The notes: generated by a model not told the origin, from the letters alone. Shown: positions 18,705 to 27,526, counted from the first letter of the stretch. The stretch: DNA of 64,000 nt from an uncultured Formosa sp. (GCA_963933105.1 CAWVRW010000009.1:4154-68153); one strand, 5' to 3'. Made by a program: numbers and translations.

Positions 18705-20021
18705 TTAAAATAGATTAATTTGAATGATGGTTGCTATATCATCAATTTCTCCATTAGGAATAGAAAACTCAATCCTATTGGAATTTGTACTAAAATCAAT
18801 TGATTTTTTAGATTTTAATAAAATAACAGATTCAATCTTTAGGTTCTTGTTAGGAATTTCAAATGTCTTACTGTCCGAACCTATAAAATGAATAAATATT
18901 TTATTTTTCTTCATTGTTGATACCATAGAATCTGATGGTGGAAATGGGCCTGCATCTGTTCCATAAATAGCATCTCCATTTTGCCTTAACCAATCCCCAA
19001 CTTCCTTAAGAGTGACAACATGTTTGGATTGAATCTGACCATTGGGCATTGGACCTACATTGAGTAAAAAATTACTGCCATACCCAGCTGAAATAATAAG
19101 ATCTTTAATTATACTTTTGGCAGATTTATGTTTATTGGCTTTATATTTAAAGCCCCAATAACCATTAATTGTTTCGCAAACCTCTAGAGGCATCTTAGTA
19201 CTAACATCATCATATACAGTACCGAAACCAGTAGTATTTTTTCCAGGGAAATCCCTTTCAAACATTTGAAAATCCTCACCCCATTTCGGACTTTGGTGAT
19301 GATTATTCCCAATCAAACAACTTGGTTGTAATTGATGAATTAATTCGTAGATCTCATCATAGTGCCAATTTGCATCTTTTTTATCCCAATGTCCATCTAA
19401 CCAAATTCCTGCAATAGGGCCATAATTGGTTAATAGCTCTGATAGCTGCGCTTTCATAAATTCAATATAATCTGTCCAATTACCCTCACCCCTACCGTTA
19501 ATTCCCTTGCCAGTTTTACCTCTTGGAAAATAATCATCTCGATACCAATCTAATAAGGAGTAGTAAAAAAACAATTTAATCCCCTCCGAATGACAGGCCT
19601 CCGATAACTCTTTTAAGATGTCTTTGCTATAGGGTGTTTGACTTACAATATTGTAATCAGTGACCTTTGAATTAAACATTGAAAATCCATCATGATGTCT
19701 ACTAGTAATTGTGATATACTTCATCCCCGCATTTTTTGCTGTTTTAACCCATTGATATGCATCAAACTCTGTTGGATTAAATAGTGAAGGTAATATTTCG
19801 TAAGTATCCTTTGGAATATTTTTTTTATTCATAACCCACTCCCCGTCACCCAAAATACTGTATACACCCCAATGAATGAAAAGTCCAAATCTTGCCGTCT
19901 CAAACCATTTTCGAGCTGCTAAATTTTCTTCACTTGGTATATATTTTTTAATTTCATTTTGTGTAGTACCGTATAGTGAAACACATAAGGTAACGAATAA
20001 AAAAAAAGCTCTTTTGTTCAT
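18705..20021 (-). CDS. GH29 alpha-L-fucosidase (could also act as an alpha-L-galactosidase)
   Basis: ARFGLFIHWGVYS, TSRHHDGFSMF and LDGHWD are GH29 hallmarks. It has a signal peptide. Confidence 0.88.
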   Translation of the reverse strand: MNKRAFFLFVTLCVSLYGTTQNEIKKYIPSEENLAARKWFETARFGLFIHWGVYSILGDGEWVMNKKNIPKDTYEILPSLFNPTEFDAYQWVKTAKNAGMKYITITSRHHDGFSMFNSKVTDYNIVSQTPYSKDILKELSEACHSEGIKLFFYYSLLDWYRDDYFPRGKTGKGINGRGEGNWTDYIEFMKAQLSELLTNYGPIAGIWLDGHWDKKDANWHYDEIYELIHQLQPSCLIGNNHHQSPKWGEDFQMFERDFPGKNTTGFGTVYDDVSTKMPLEVCETINGYWGFKYKANKHKSAKSIIKDLIISAGYGSNFLLNVGPMPNGQIQSKHVVTLKEVGDWLRQNGDAIYGTDAGPFPPSDSMVSTMKKNKIFIHFIGSDSKTFEIPNKNLKIESVILLKSKKSIDFSTNSNRIEFSIPNGEIDDIATIIQINLF

Positions 20022-20039
20022 AATATGATATCTATATGC

Positions 20040-21185
20040 CTAAATTAAGTTCTTTGTTAAATCATTTACTTCAGCACAGCTCATTTGTTCCATAACTTGC
20101 GTTAATTGAGTTTTAAGCATGGCTATGGTGTGATTCCCACCTTTTTTCCCCAAAGCCGAAACTCCATACATAAAAGTGCGTCCCATAAAACTAAAGTCAG
20201 CACCGCTTGCCATGACACGTGCTACATCGGCTCCACCCCGAATACCACTATCCATCATTACTTTGATTTTATCTTTATATAGTGGGACAATGGTATTTAA
20301 AGATTCTATTGTGGCCTGACCTACATCTACTTGTCTTCCGCCATGATTAGATATAATAACTCCATCAAGCCCGAGTTGGTAGGCTTTTTCAACATCATGT
20401 ATAGACTCTGCACCTTTCAATACTAATTTTCCTTTCCAGAGGTCTCGAATACGCTTTATTTTATCTTCATTTAAACGACCAGAAAACGTTGCATCCATAA
20501 ATTTAGCTAATTGATTTAAATTCAGGTTTTTTTGCATGTAGGGTTTTAATATTTCAAAACTTGGTTGTCCATTAATCAGAGTGTTTAGCGCCCAATGAGG
20601 TCGTTTCATTGCTGATAAAATATTTGAAACTGTCATTTTTGGTGGCATTGATAAGCCGTTACGTATATCCCGTGGGCGATAGCCAAAGGAAGGAACATCG
20701 GCCAAAATAACAAGGACAGGACAATGTGCGGCTTCTGCTCTTTTCAAGAGATCTTTTGTTACACGTTCTTCGGCAGGATGGTATAATTGGAACCATGCAC
20801 GGCCTTCTGTTATTTCGGAAATGGACTCTATACTAGCTGTTGTTACCGTGCTCAATACAAATGGAATATTGTGATCAAATGCGGCTTTTGCTAATATTTC
20901 GGGCGACTTCGGCCACATGAGTCCTTGTAACCCTACTGGTGAAATACCAAAAGGAGCGTCATATTCGTGTCCAAAAAGCTCAGTCTTTAGGTTAGGAGGT
21001 GTGTAATCGACCAGGTATTTTGGCTTGAGTTCTACGTCTCTTATACGAGACGTATTTTTTTTCAAGTTTACATCGTTATTACATCCACCGTCTAAGTATT
21101 CAAATGCAAATTTTGGAATTTTAGCCTTGGCTCGACTTCGTAAATCCTCAACTGAAGGATACTTGTAATTTATCTGTTGTTTCAT
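20040..21185 (-). CDS. FMN-dependent alpha-hydroxy-acid dehydrogenase (L-lactate dehydrogenase LldD-like)
   Basis: 381 aa with ISNHGGRQVD and DSGIRGGADV motifs; TIM-barrel FMN oxidoreductase family. Confidence 0.8.
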   Translation of the reverse strand: MKQQINYKYPSVEDLRSRAKAKIPKFAFEYLDGGCNNDVNLKKNTSRIRDVELKPKYLVDYTPPNLKTELFGHEYDAPFGISPVGLQGLMWPKSPEILAKAAFDHNIPFVLSTVTTASIESISEITEGRAWFQLYHPAEERVTKDLLKRAEAAHCPVLVILADVPSFGYRPRDIRNGLSMPPKMTVSNILSAMKRPHWALNTLINGQPSFEILKPYMQKNLNLNQLAKFMDATFSGRLNEDKIKRIRDLWKGKLVLKGAESIHDVEKAYQLGLDGVIISNHGGRQVDVGQATIESLNTIVPLYKDKIKVMMDSGIRGGADVARVMASGADFSFMGRTFMYGVSALGKKGGNHTIAMLKTQLTQVMEQMSCAEVNDLTKNLI

Positions 21186-21191
21186 ATGTTT

Positions 21192-21536
21192 CTATGCATT
21201 TAAATCATAAATTTTGTCCATCAAAACCCATTTCTCGTTTGGATTACTGTTGGGAAGCGCTTGTTGGAAACTCCACATCAATGCTTCCCAGTCTTGAACT
21301 TTTGAGTTTTTAGCATCCATTTTTGCTTTTTTTTCAAACGAAAAAGAGGAGTCAACTTCTAAAATCATAAATAAGCGATTTCCTGTATTGTATATCTCAG
21401 CATTCTTAATTCCAGTATCTCTTAAACTTTTTTGAATTTCGGGCCATACATTTTGGTGGTAATTTTTATACGTAGCAATTTTATCTAAATTGTTTTTTAG
21501 ATCTAATGCTAAACAATATTTATTAGTTTTACTCAC
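21192..21536 (-). CDS. RhaM-family (DUF718) deoxy-sugar mutarotase; likely an L-fucose/L-rhamnose mutarotase
   Basis: 114 aa with YHQNVWPEI...FMILEV...W, typical of the rhamnose-mutarotase fold. It lies inside the sugar-acid operon. Confidence 0.65.
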   Translation of the reverse strand: MSKTNKYCLALDLKNNLDKIATYKNYHQNVWPEIQKSLRDTGIKNAEIYNTGNRLFMILEVDSSFSFEKKAKMDAKNSKVQDWEALMWSFQQALPNSNPNEKWVLMDKIYDLNA

Positions 21537-21545
21537 TTTCTTGAA

Positions 21546-22337
21546 TTAATTATTCGCATTCAATGCTCTGTCTAAATGAGTATAACCTCCATCTACATAA
21601 ATTAACTGACCGGTCGTATGGCTTGACCGCTCTGATAATAAAAAGGCGACAGTATTGGCAATTTCTTCTGTAGTTGTCATTCGTTTTTCAAGAGGAATTT
21701 TATTTGTAATGGCAGCTAATTTTTCATCTTTATTGTCAAATGTATTAATCCATTTCTCATAAAGTGGTGTGAAACATTCTGCCACAACAACACAATTTAC
21801 TCGAATGGCATAGGGTAAAAGTTCAACAGCCCATTCTCTTGTAAGCGCATTCCGACCTCCATTAGCTGCTGCATATCCAGAAGTACCCCCTTGACCAGTT
21901 ACCGATGTTTTAGATCCTATGTTTACAATTGCACCCTTTGTTTTTTTTAATTGTGGAAGAACCAATTGTGCAATTTGATAATAATGTGCCAGATTCCGTT
22001 TGATTGAATTAATAAATTCTTCGTAAGAGCCATTTTCTAGCCCAACCCCATCATTAACCCCTGCGTTATTAACAAGACCATCAATGCGACCATAGTTTTT
22101 GATGATTGAATCGATTGCTGCTTCACATTGATTTGGATTAGTTAATTCTGCAATTGCGTACCCTACTTCATAGCCATTTTGTTTGTAATCAATTATTGCT
22201 TTGAAAATACTTTCTTTATTTCTTCCTAAAATTACTGGAATAGCACCCTCGTTAGCTAAAAGACACACAATACCACCTCCAATCCCTTTTGAACCACCAG
22301 TGACCACGATAACTTTATTTTTTAGTCCTAAATCCAT
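21546..22337 (-). CDS. Short-chain dehydrogenase/reductase (candidate L-fucose 1-dehydrogenase or 2-keto-3-deoxy-L-fuconate 4-dehydrogenase) with an atypical Y-x-x-x-N active-site motif
   Basis: VVTGGSKGIGGGI and NNAG are present. IGSKTS...SGYAAANGG shows the catalytic Ser and Tyr, but the usual Lys at +4 is Asn. Confidence 0.75.
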   Translation of the reverse strand: MDLGLKNKVIVVTGGSKGIGGGIVCLLANEGAIPVILGRNKESIFKAIIDYKQNGYEVGYAIAELTNPNQCEAAIDSIIKNYGRIDGLVNNAGVNDGVGLENGSYEEFINSIKRNLAHYYQIAQLVLPQLKKTKGAIVNIGSKTSVTGQGGTSGYAAANGGRNALTREWAVELLPYAIRVNCVVVAECFTPLYEKWINTFDNKDEKLAAITNKIPLEKRMTTTEEIANTVAFLLSERSSHTTGQLIYVDGGYTHLDRALNANN

Positions 22338-22341
22338 ATTT

Positions 22342-23166
22342 TTAAAGATTATATATTTTTATTGCATTTTCCCCTAAAATATTATTTTTCATCTCAACAG
22401 AAAGATTTTCTAAATAATCATTTACAATCTTGAACACTTTATCATAGTTAGCAGCTAACAAACAAACGGGCCAATCCGAACCAAACATAATTCGGTCAGG
22501 ACCAAAAGCTTTAAAAATAATATCTATATAGGGTTTAAAATCGCCATCCTTAAATTCAAAATTAATAGTTTCGGTTACCATCCCCGATAGCTTACAGTAA
22601 ACGTTTTTATGTTTAGAAAGCTGTTTGATATTATGAACCCATATTTTGCTAATAGGTTTCGAGATAGTTGGTTTTGCAATATGGTCCAAAATAAATTTTT
22701 GATTGGGAAACGCTTTAACTAGTGCAATTGCCGATGGCAGCTGATGTGAATAAACAAGAATATCATAAGTTAAATCGTATTTTGAAAGCTTCCCAATTCC
22801 ATTTTGCACATCCTTTCTTAGCAAATAGTCATCATTTTCTGCTTGAACGATATGACGAACCCCTTTAAACAGAGAGTTAGATGCATAATATTCAAGACGC
22901 TCTTCTAAATTGTTGGACGTAAGATCTACCCAGCCTACCACGCCCTTTATAAACGGGTTTTTATCGGCACATTGCAACAGAAATTCGGTTTCGGTTTCAG
23001 ATTGGTCAGCTTGAACTGCTATGCAGCCATCAATAATATTGGCTTTTAAAATCGGCAAGAAATCTTTGGGAAGAAAATCCTTTCTAATGGCATCCATAGA
23101 AGTATCTATCCATGCGTCTCTCACTGGATCATAATTCCAAAAATGTTGATGACTATCTATGATCAT
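22342..23166 (-). CDS. Amidohydrolase_2 (COG3618-type) lactonase; candidate L-fucono-1,5-lactonase
   Basis: MIIDSHQHFW N-terminus, with ...LDHIAKP... and FGSDWPV. This matches the characterised L-fucono-lactonase subgroup of the amidohydrolase superfamily. Confidence 0.75.
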   Translation of the reverse strand: MIIDSHQHFWNYDPVRDAWIDTSMDAIRKDFLPKDFLPILKANIIDGCIAVQADQSETETEFLLQCADKNPFIKGVVGWVDLTSNNLEERLEYYASNSLFKGVRHIVQAENDDYLLRKDVQNGIGKLSKYDLTYDILVYSHQLPSAIALVKAFPNQKFILDHIAKPTISKPISKIWVHNIKQLSKHKNVYCKLSGMVTETINFEFKDGDFKPYIDIIFKAFGPDRIMFGSDWPVCLLAANYDKVFKIVNDYLENLSVEMKNNILGENAIKIYNL

Positions 23167-24017
23167 TTATAGGATTTACATACTTGGCGGGAAACACCTA
23201 AATGTTCAATCCCTAATTCAACAATATCACCATTCTTAAGGTATTTTGGGGGTGTTAATCCAAGCCCAACACCAAAAGGTGTGCCCGTAGAAATAACATC
23301 GCCAGGAAGTAAAGTCATAAACTGACTAATATAACTCACTACATGCTGAATATTAAAAATAAAGTCTGAGGTACTGCTATTTTGCATAATTACGCCATTG
23401 AGTTTCAACCAAAGATTTAAATTATTGGGGTCTGTAATTTCATCTTTTGTTGCAATAAAAGGACCAAGGGGAGCAAAAGTATCACAGCTTTTTCCTTTTA
23501 CCCATTGACCTGAACGTTCTATTTGAAAGGCACGTTCACTTACATCATTGTGTAAAACATAACCAGCTATATGGTTCATGGCATTTTTTTCGCTTACATA
23601 GGAAGCTGTCTTTCCAATTACAACAGCGAGTTCAACTTCCCAATCTGTCTTGGTGCTACTTTTAGGGATTATAATATTATCAAAGGGTCCTACAATAGCA
23701 GAAGTTGCTTTAAAAAAGAGTACAGGTTCTTGAGGAACGTCCATTCCACTTTCGGCAGCGTGTTTGGCATAGTTAAGTCCAACACAAACAATTTTAGATG
23801 GTCGTACAAGCGGCGCACCTAATCGGATTGTATCTTCCACAATTGGACATAAATCTTGATTTTTATTTAACCAATTTTGTAGTTTTTCTATTCCATCATT
23901 ACCAAAAAAATCCTCATTGTAGTCAGATACAAATGCCGATACATCTAACTTGGTTCCATTGGGCAACAAAACCCCTGGTTTTTCTTTATTAATAGTTCCA
24001 AATCTAATAAGTTTCAT
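23163..24017 (-). CDS. Fumarylacetoacetate hydrolase-family enzyme; candidate 2,4-diketo-3-deoxy-L-fuconate hydrolase
   Basis: VCVGLNYAKHAAE, DWEVELAVVIG and LPGDVISTGTPFGVG are FAH-fold motifs. Its start overlaps the upstream gene's stop by 4 nt (ATGA). Confidence 0.75.
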   Translation of the reverse strand: MKLIRFGTINKEKPGVLLPNGTKLDVSAFVSDYNEDFFGNDGIEKLQNWLNKNQDLCPIVEDTIRLGAPLVRPSKIVCVGLNYAKHAAESGMDVPQEPVLFFKATSAIVGPFDNIIIPKSSTKTDWEVELAVVIGKTASYVSEKNAMNHIAGYVLHNDVSERAFQIERSGQWVKGKSCDTFAPLGPFIATKDEITDPNNLNLWLKLNGVIMQNSSTSDFIFNIQHVVSYISQFMTLLPGDVISTGTPFGVGLGLTPPKYLKNGDIVELGIEHLGVSRQVCKSYK

Positions 24018-24023
24018 TTATTT

Positions 24024-24809
24024 TTATTTTGAGTTAAGTGTGACATAGCCGCCATCAATTCCATAGTTAGAGCCAGTAATAAAACTAGATTCGTTAGAAC
24101 ACAAGAATAATGCTAAATCTGCTATTTCTTGTGGAATTCCCATCCGACCAATAGGTTGGGTTTTTGATAAATTTTCAAACATTTCCGATTCTTTTCCTGG
24201 ATAGTTTTCTTTAATAAAGCCATCAACAAATGGCGTGTGTACTCTAGCTGGAGAAATACAGTTACAACGAATATTGTGGTTAATATAATCCTTTGCTATA
24301 GAATATGTCATTGTTAATACCGCTCCTTTTGTCATAGAATAGGCAAAACGATCTGAAACACCAACAGACGAGGCAATGGACGCTAAGTTTAAAATCACTC
24401 CGCTATTTTGAGTTTTCATTAATGAAATACAAGCTTTCGTACAATTGAAAACCCCTTTGATGTTTATATTATATAATCTATCTAAATCTTCCTCCTCACA
24501 GGTTTCAATATTTCCCACATGCGCTACGCCTGCGTTATTAATTAAAATATCTACTGAGGTATGAGATGATATATTTGAAATTATATCTGAAACTTGTTGA
24601 AAATTTGCGACATCGCAGTAATAGGCAGTAGCTAAAAACCCCTTCGCCTTAATGGCTTCAACGGCTTCTGAGGCAGATTGTAAATCATAATCTAAAATAT
24701 GTACATGAGCTCCTTGTTGAGAAAATGTTTCGGCAATGGCTTTGCCTATACCGCTACCGCCTCCTGTAATGATGGCGCTTTTATTATTTAAAGAAAATTT
24801 TGTTTTCAT
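24024..24809 (-). CDS. Short-chain dehydrogenase/reductase, classical (second SDR of the pathway); start trimmed to ATG 24809
   Basis: IITGGGSGIGKAI, NNAG, and S...YSMTKGAV (canonical Y-x-x-x-K). The ORF-track start at 24857 would overlap the upstream dehydratase gene. Confidence 0.8.
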   Translation of the reverse strand: MKTKFSLNNKSAIITGGGSGIGKAIAETFSQQGAHVHILDYDLQSASEAVEAIKAKGFLATAYYCDVANFQQVSDIISNISSHTSVDILINNAGVAHVGNIETCEEEDLDRLYNINIKGVFNCTKACISLMKTQNSGVILNLASIASSVGVSDRFAYSMTKGAVLTMTYSIAKDYINHNIRCNCISPARVHTPFVDGFIKENYPGKESEMFENLSKTQPIGRMGIPQEIADLALFLCSNESSFITGSNYGIDGGYVTLNSK

Positions 24810-24819
24810 ATATCTAAAT

Positions 24820-26505
24820 TTATAACGATAAGCCTCGTTTCCAAGGAATAAAATCATTTTGGTCTAATCTTCGTGCATGTGGTTGTATAGTTCCACTTGC
24901 TACTTTTATGATAAACTCAAGTAGTGCTTTACCACAATCTTCTATGGTATCTGTACCTTCAATAATAGTACCTGTATTAAAGTCTATAATATCGTTCATT
25001 TTATTATACAGCTTAGTGTTCGTGGATACCTTTACAACTGGCACAGCTGGATTACCTGTAGGCGTTCCAAGTCCTGTTGTGAATAAAATCAAATTAGCTC
25101 CTGAACCCGCTAGGCCTGTAGTCGATTCTACATCATTCCCTGGGGTACATAACAGGTTTAAACCGGGTTTTATTAACTGTTCTGTATAATCCAACACATC
25201 AACCACTGGCGAAGTACCTCCTTTTTTTGCAGCACCAGCAGACTTTATAGCGTCTGTAATAAGTCCATCTTTTATATTTCCAGGGGATGGATTTGCATGA
25301 AATCCCGCACCCAAAGCGGTTGCTTTAGTGTTATAGGCCTCCATGATTTCGGCAAATTTCTGTGCTTTATCAATATCAACACAGCGGTTGATAAGTTCTT
25401 GTTCGACGCCATTTAGCTCTGGAAATTCAGAAAGGATTGCAGAGCCTCCTAGCCCAACAATTATATCCGAAACATAGCCTAAGGTTGGATTGGCAGAAAT
25501 ACCAGAAAACCCGTCGGAGCCACCACATTCTAAGCCGAGTGTTAATTTATTTAAAGGTGCAGGAGCTCTTGAAACTTTATTGGCTTGAATCAAACCAGTA
25601 AATGTTTTTTTTATTGCATCTGCCAAGAATTCTGGTTCAGATTTGCTTTGTTGTTGTTCTAAAAAATAAATTGGCTTTTTAGTATTTGGAGCGATGCGTT
25701 TTAGAGCCTTTTCTACAAGCTTAATTTGAGCATGTTGACAGCCTAAACTCAAAACTGTTGCTCCAGCAATATTTGGATTATTAATGTAACCTGCCAATAA
25801 ATTACAAAGTGTAACTGCATCAGAAGTAGCCCCACCACAACCTCCATCATGAGTTAAAAAATAAATTCCGTCAACATTAGAAAACAAGGGCTTATTTTTG
25901 TTAATATGACTACTTTTTATTAAATCCAACTCTAAAAGTTCATTTTCTGAGGCGCCAGAATTATATTTATGAACAAGCTCATCTATATTGTAGGTGTCTT
26001 TGACTGACTTCTCGTAACCGAATTTATCTAACATGGTTTTTTTCAGAATTTCAACATTCCTATTTTGACAAAAAACTAAAGGAATGATTAACCAATTGTT
26101 CTCGGTACCAACAGCACCATTATCTCTATGATACCCTAAAAATGTACGTTTCAAGAAATCAGAAGATTTAGGAGCTTCCCATTTAATTTGCTTTTTGAAT
26201 TTTGGGAGTTCATATGATTCTGTTTGATGAGAAATATTAAAGGTTGTTATGGATTCTCCTTTTTGAATTTCTCTAACTGCTTTTCCAACCACTACCCCAT
26301 ACATGAAAATATAATCCCCAATATTTAAATTTTCGATTGATAATTTATGTTTAGAAGCAACATTGGTTACAAGCTGAAATTCACCAGCATCAATTTGAAT
26401 TGTTAATCCTTTATTTAAATCACATAAAGCAACAACTATATTATCCTTAGGATGGATTTTTAATATTCGTGAACTAGTTTTTAAAATCATATATGTAAAT
26501 ATCAA
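24820..26505 (-). CDS. UxaA/altronate-dehydratase-family sugar-acid dehydratase (SAF N-domain plus C-domain); candidate L-fuconate dehydratase; alternative start 26490
   Basis: N-terminal SAF-like KIHPKDNIVVAL...GESI. The C-domain carries LGCQHAQ, ECGGSDGFSGISANP and CTPGNDVESTTGLAGSGANLILFTTGLGTP. It is the first gene of the operon. Confidence 0.8.
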   Translation of the reverse strand: MIFTYMILKTSSRILKIHPKDNIVVALCDLNKGLTIQIDAGEFQLVTNVASKHKLSIENLNIGDYIFMYGVVVGKAVREIQKGESITTFNISHQTESYELPKFKKQIKWEAPKSSDFLKRTFLGYHRDNGAVGTENNWLIIPLVFCQNRNVEILKKTMLDKFGYEKSVKDTYNIDELVHKYNSGASENELLELDLIKSSHINKNKPLFSNVDGIYFLTHDGGCGGATSDAVTLCNLLAGYINNPNIAGATVLSLGCQHAQIKLVEKALKRIAPNTKKPIYFLEQQQSKSEPEFLADAIKKTFTGLIQANKVSRAPAPLNKLTLGLECGGSDGFSGISANPTLGYVSDIIVGLGGSAILSEFPELNGVEQELINRCVDIDKAQKFAEIMEAYNTKATALGAGFHANPSPGNIKDGLITDAIKSAGAAKKGGTSPVVDVLDYTEQLIKPGLNLLCTPGNDVESTTGLAGSGANLILFTTGLGTPTGNPAVPVVKVSTNTKLYNKMNDIIDFNTGTIIEGTDTIEDCGKALLEFIIKVASGTIQPHARRLDQNDFIPWKRGLSL

Positions 26506-26637
26506 ATAAATTTAAAATCATTCATACCAATAATGTACAATTATTTATCACATATTTTCATATATGCTTTAAATAGGGGTTTTGCTATAAAAAAGAAAAT
26601 ACAACCAAATTGATTTAATTTTTATTTTTATTTGCTA

Positions 26638-26669
26638 AAACCATATTAAAATCGATTTTAATATGGTTT
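26638..26669. promoter_or_regulatory. Perfect 32-bp palindrome (operator candidate or AU-rich hairpin) upstream of the sugar-acid operon
   Basis: aaaccatattaaaatc|gattttaatatggttt; the arms are exact reverse complements centred on TCGA. It lies 133 nt upstream of the 26505 start. Confidence 0.5.
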
Positions 26670-26792
26670 CAGCGTTTCTAATACGGTTTACTTTAGTTTA
26701 CCTTATTCCTGGCCAGTCCGTTTAATTAATCTTTTTTGAATATTATTTTATAAAATAATATTTATGTCACAAAATTCTATATTCTGGAAACT

Positions 26793-26822
26793 AAAAAAAA
26801 GCACGCATTAGCGTGCTCTTTT
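26793..26822 (-). terminator. Rho-independent terminator after the minus-strand island genes (weakly bidirectional)
   Basis: agcacgc-atta-gcgtgct. On the minus strand the hairpin is followed by eight U; it lies 27 nt past the stop at 26849. Confidence 0.75.
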
Positions 26823-26848
26823 AAATAATCATTTGAGCTATAATCAAT

Positions 26849-27061
26849 TTATTCTTCCTTGGGGTTTCTATTCCTATGAAAATTATATAGTATAACAGCT
26901 ACTGCCAAGACTGAAATAGCTCCAAGTGCAAAATAGACCATCACATCATTCGATCTTGAATTATCGCCATGAACCTCATTATCCTTAATAATACCCATAA
27001 TCTTAGCCTGTTGGGTTGATATTCTCAAACGATCCATCCCCTCAAGATTAAATTGTTTCAT
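26849..27061 (-). CDS. Hypothetical 70-aa tail-anchored membrane protein
   Basis: A single C-terminal TM helix (VMVYFALGAISVLAVAVILYNF) is followed by a basic tail. It lies 9 nt downstream of the Zn-ribbon gene and is followed by a terminator. Confidence 0.5.
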   Translation of the reverse strand: MKQFNLEGMDRLRISTQQAKIMGIIKDNEVHGDNSRSNDVMVYFALGAISVLAVAVILYNFHRNRNPKEE

Positions 27062-27070
27062 CTTTTCTAG

Positions 27071-27427
27071 TTAAATAAATATTAATTCCTGATTATTGTT
27101 AATTATAAATTGAATATCATATATTCGAGATACCATCATTTTCACACCATTATCATCAATAATAACTTCATCTTTGTGAAGGTGTCCAAATTCTACACCA
27201 TGACTCTCTAAGGTTTGACAACTTATGGGCCCAAGGTCTTTTAGTTTTAATTTTATAAGTATATGGTAATTATGTCGCATTAGCTTATCCCATTCCGATA
27301 GATACCCATAGGTTTTCTGGCGCCTGAGATAATTTGCTCTATTCTTACAGCTATCATTACAGTACCTCCTCTTTGCGCTTTTTTTGTTTTTTATCTCTTT
27401 ATCGCATTCTGGGTTTTTACACGTCAT
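27071..27427 (-). CDS. Hypothetical 118-aa protein with an N-terminal four-Cys zinc ribbon and a basic patch
   Basis: MTCKNPECDKEIKNKKSAKRRYCNDSCKNRANYLRRQK gives C-x4-C-x14-C-x3-C. The YC-x-x-x-C-[KR]-x-R pattern resembles small nucleic-acid-binding Zn ribbons. The C-terminal ~70 aa are unknown. Confidence 0.55.
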   Translation of the reverse strand: MTCKNPECDKEIKNKKSAKRRYCNDSCKNRANYLRRQKTYGYLSEWDKLMRHNYHILIKLKLKDLGPISCQTLESHGVEFGHLHKDEVIIDDNGVKMMVSRIYDIQFIINNNQELIFI

Positions 27428-27526
27428 TTCTATTAATTTAGATTAATATACAGCAAAAGTAATCAATTTTATTTCAATGTATTGTATTTTGTAATTAATT
27501 ATGTAACTTTGTGTAAAGTTTTACAT

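Noticed and set aside
26506-26848. Searched the spacer for a displaced tRNA 3' fragment or Bacteroidota promoter boxes marking the island's left end or the operon promoter
   Set aside because: No TTCGAA-containing tRNA remnant and no clean TAnnTTTG box were found by eye. The left boundary and promoter therefore remain uncalled rather than guessed.
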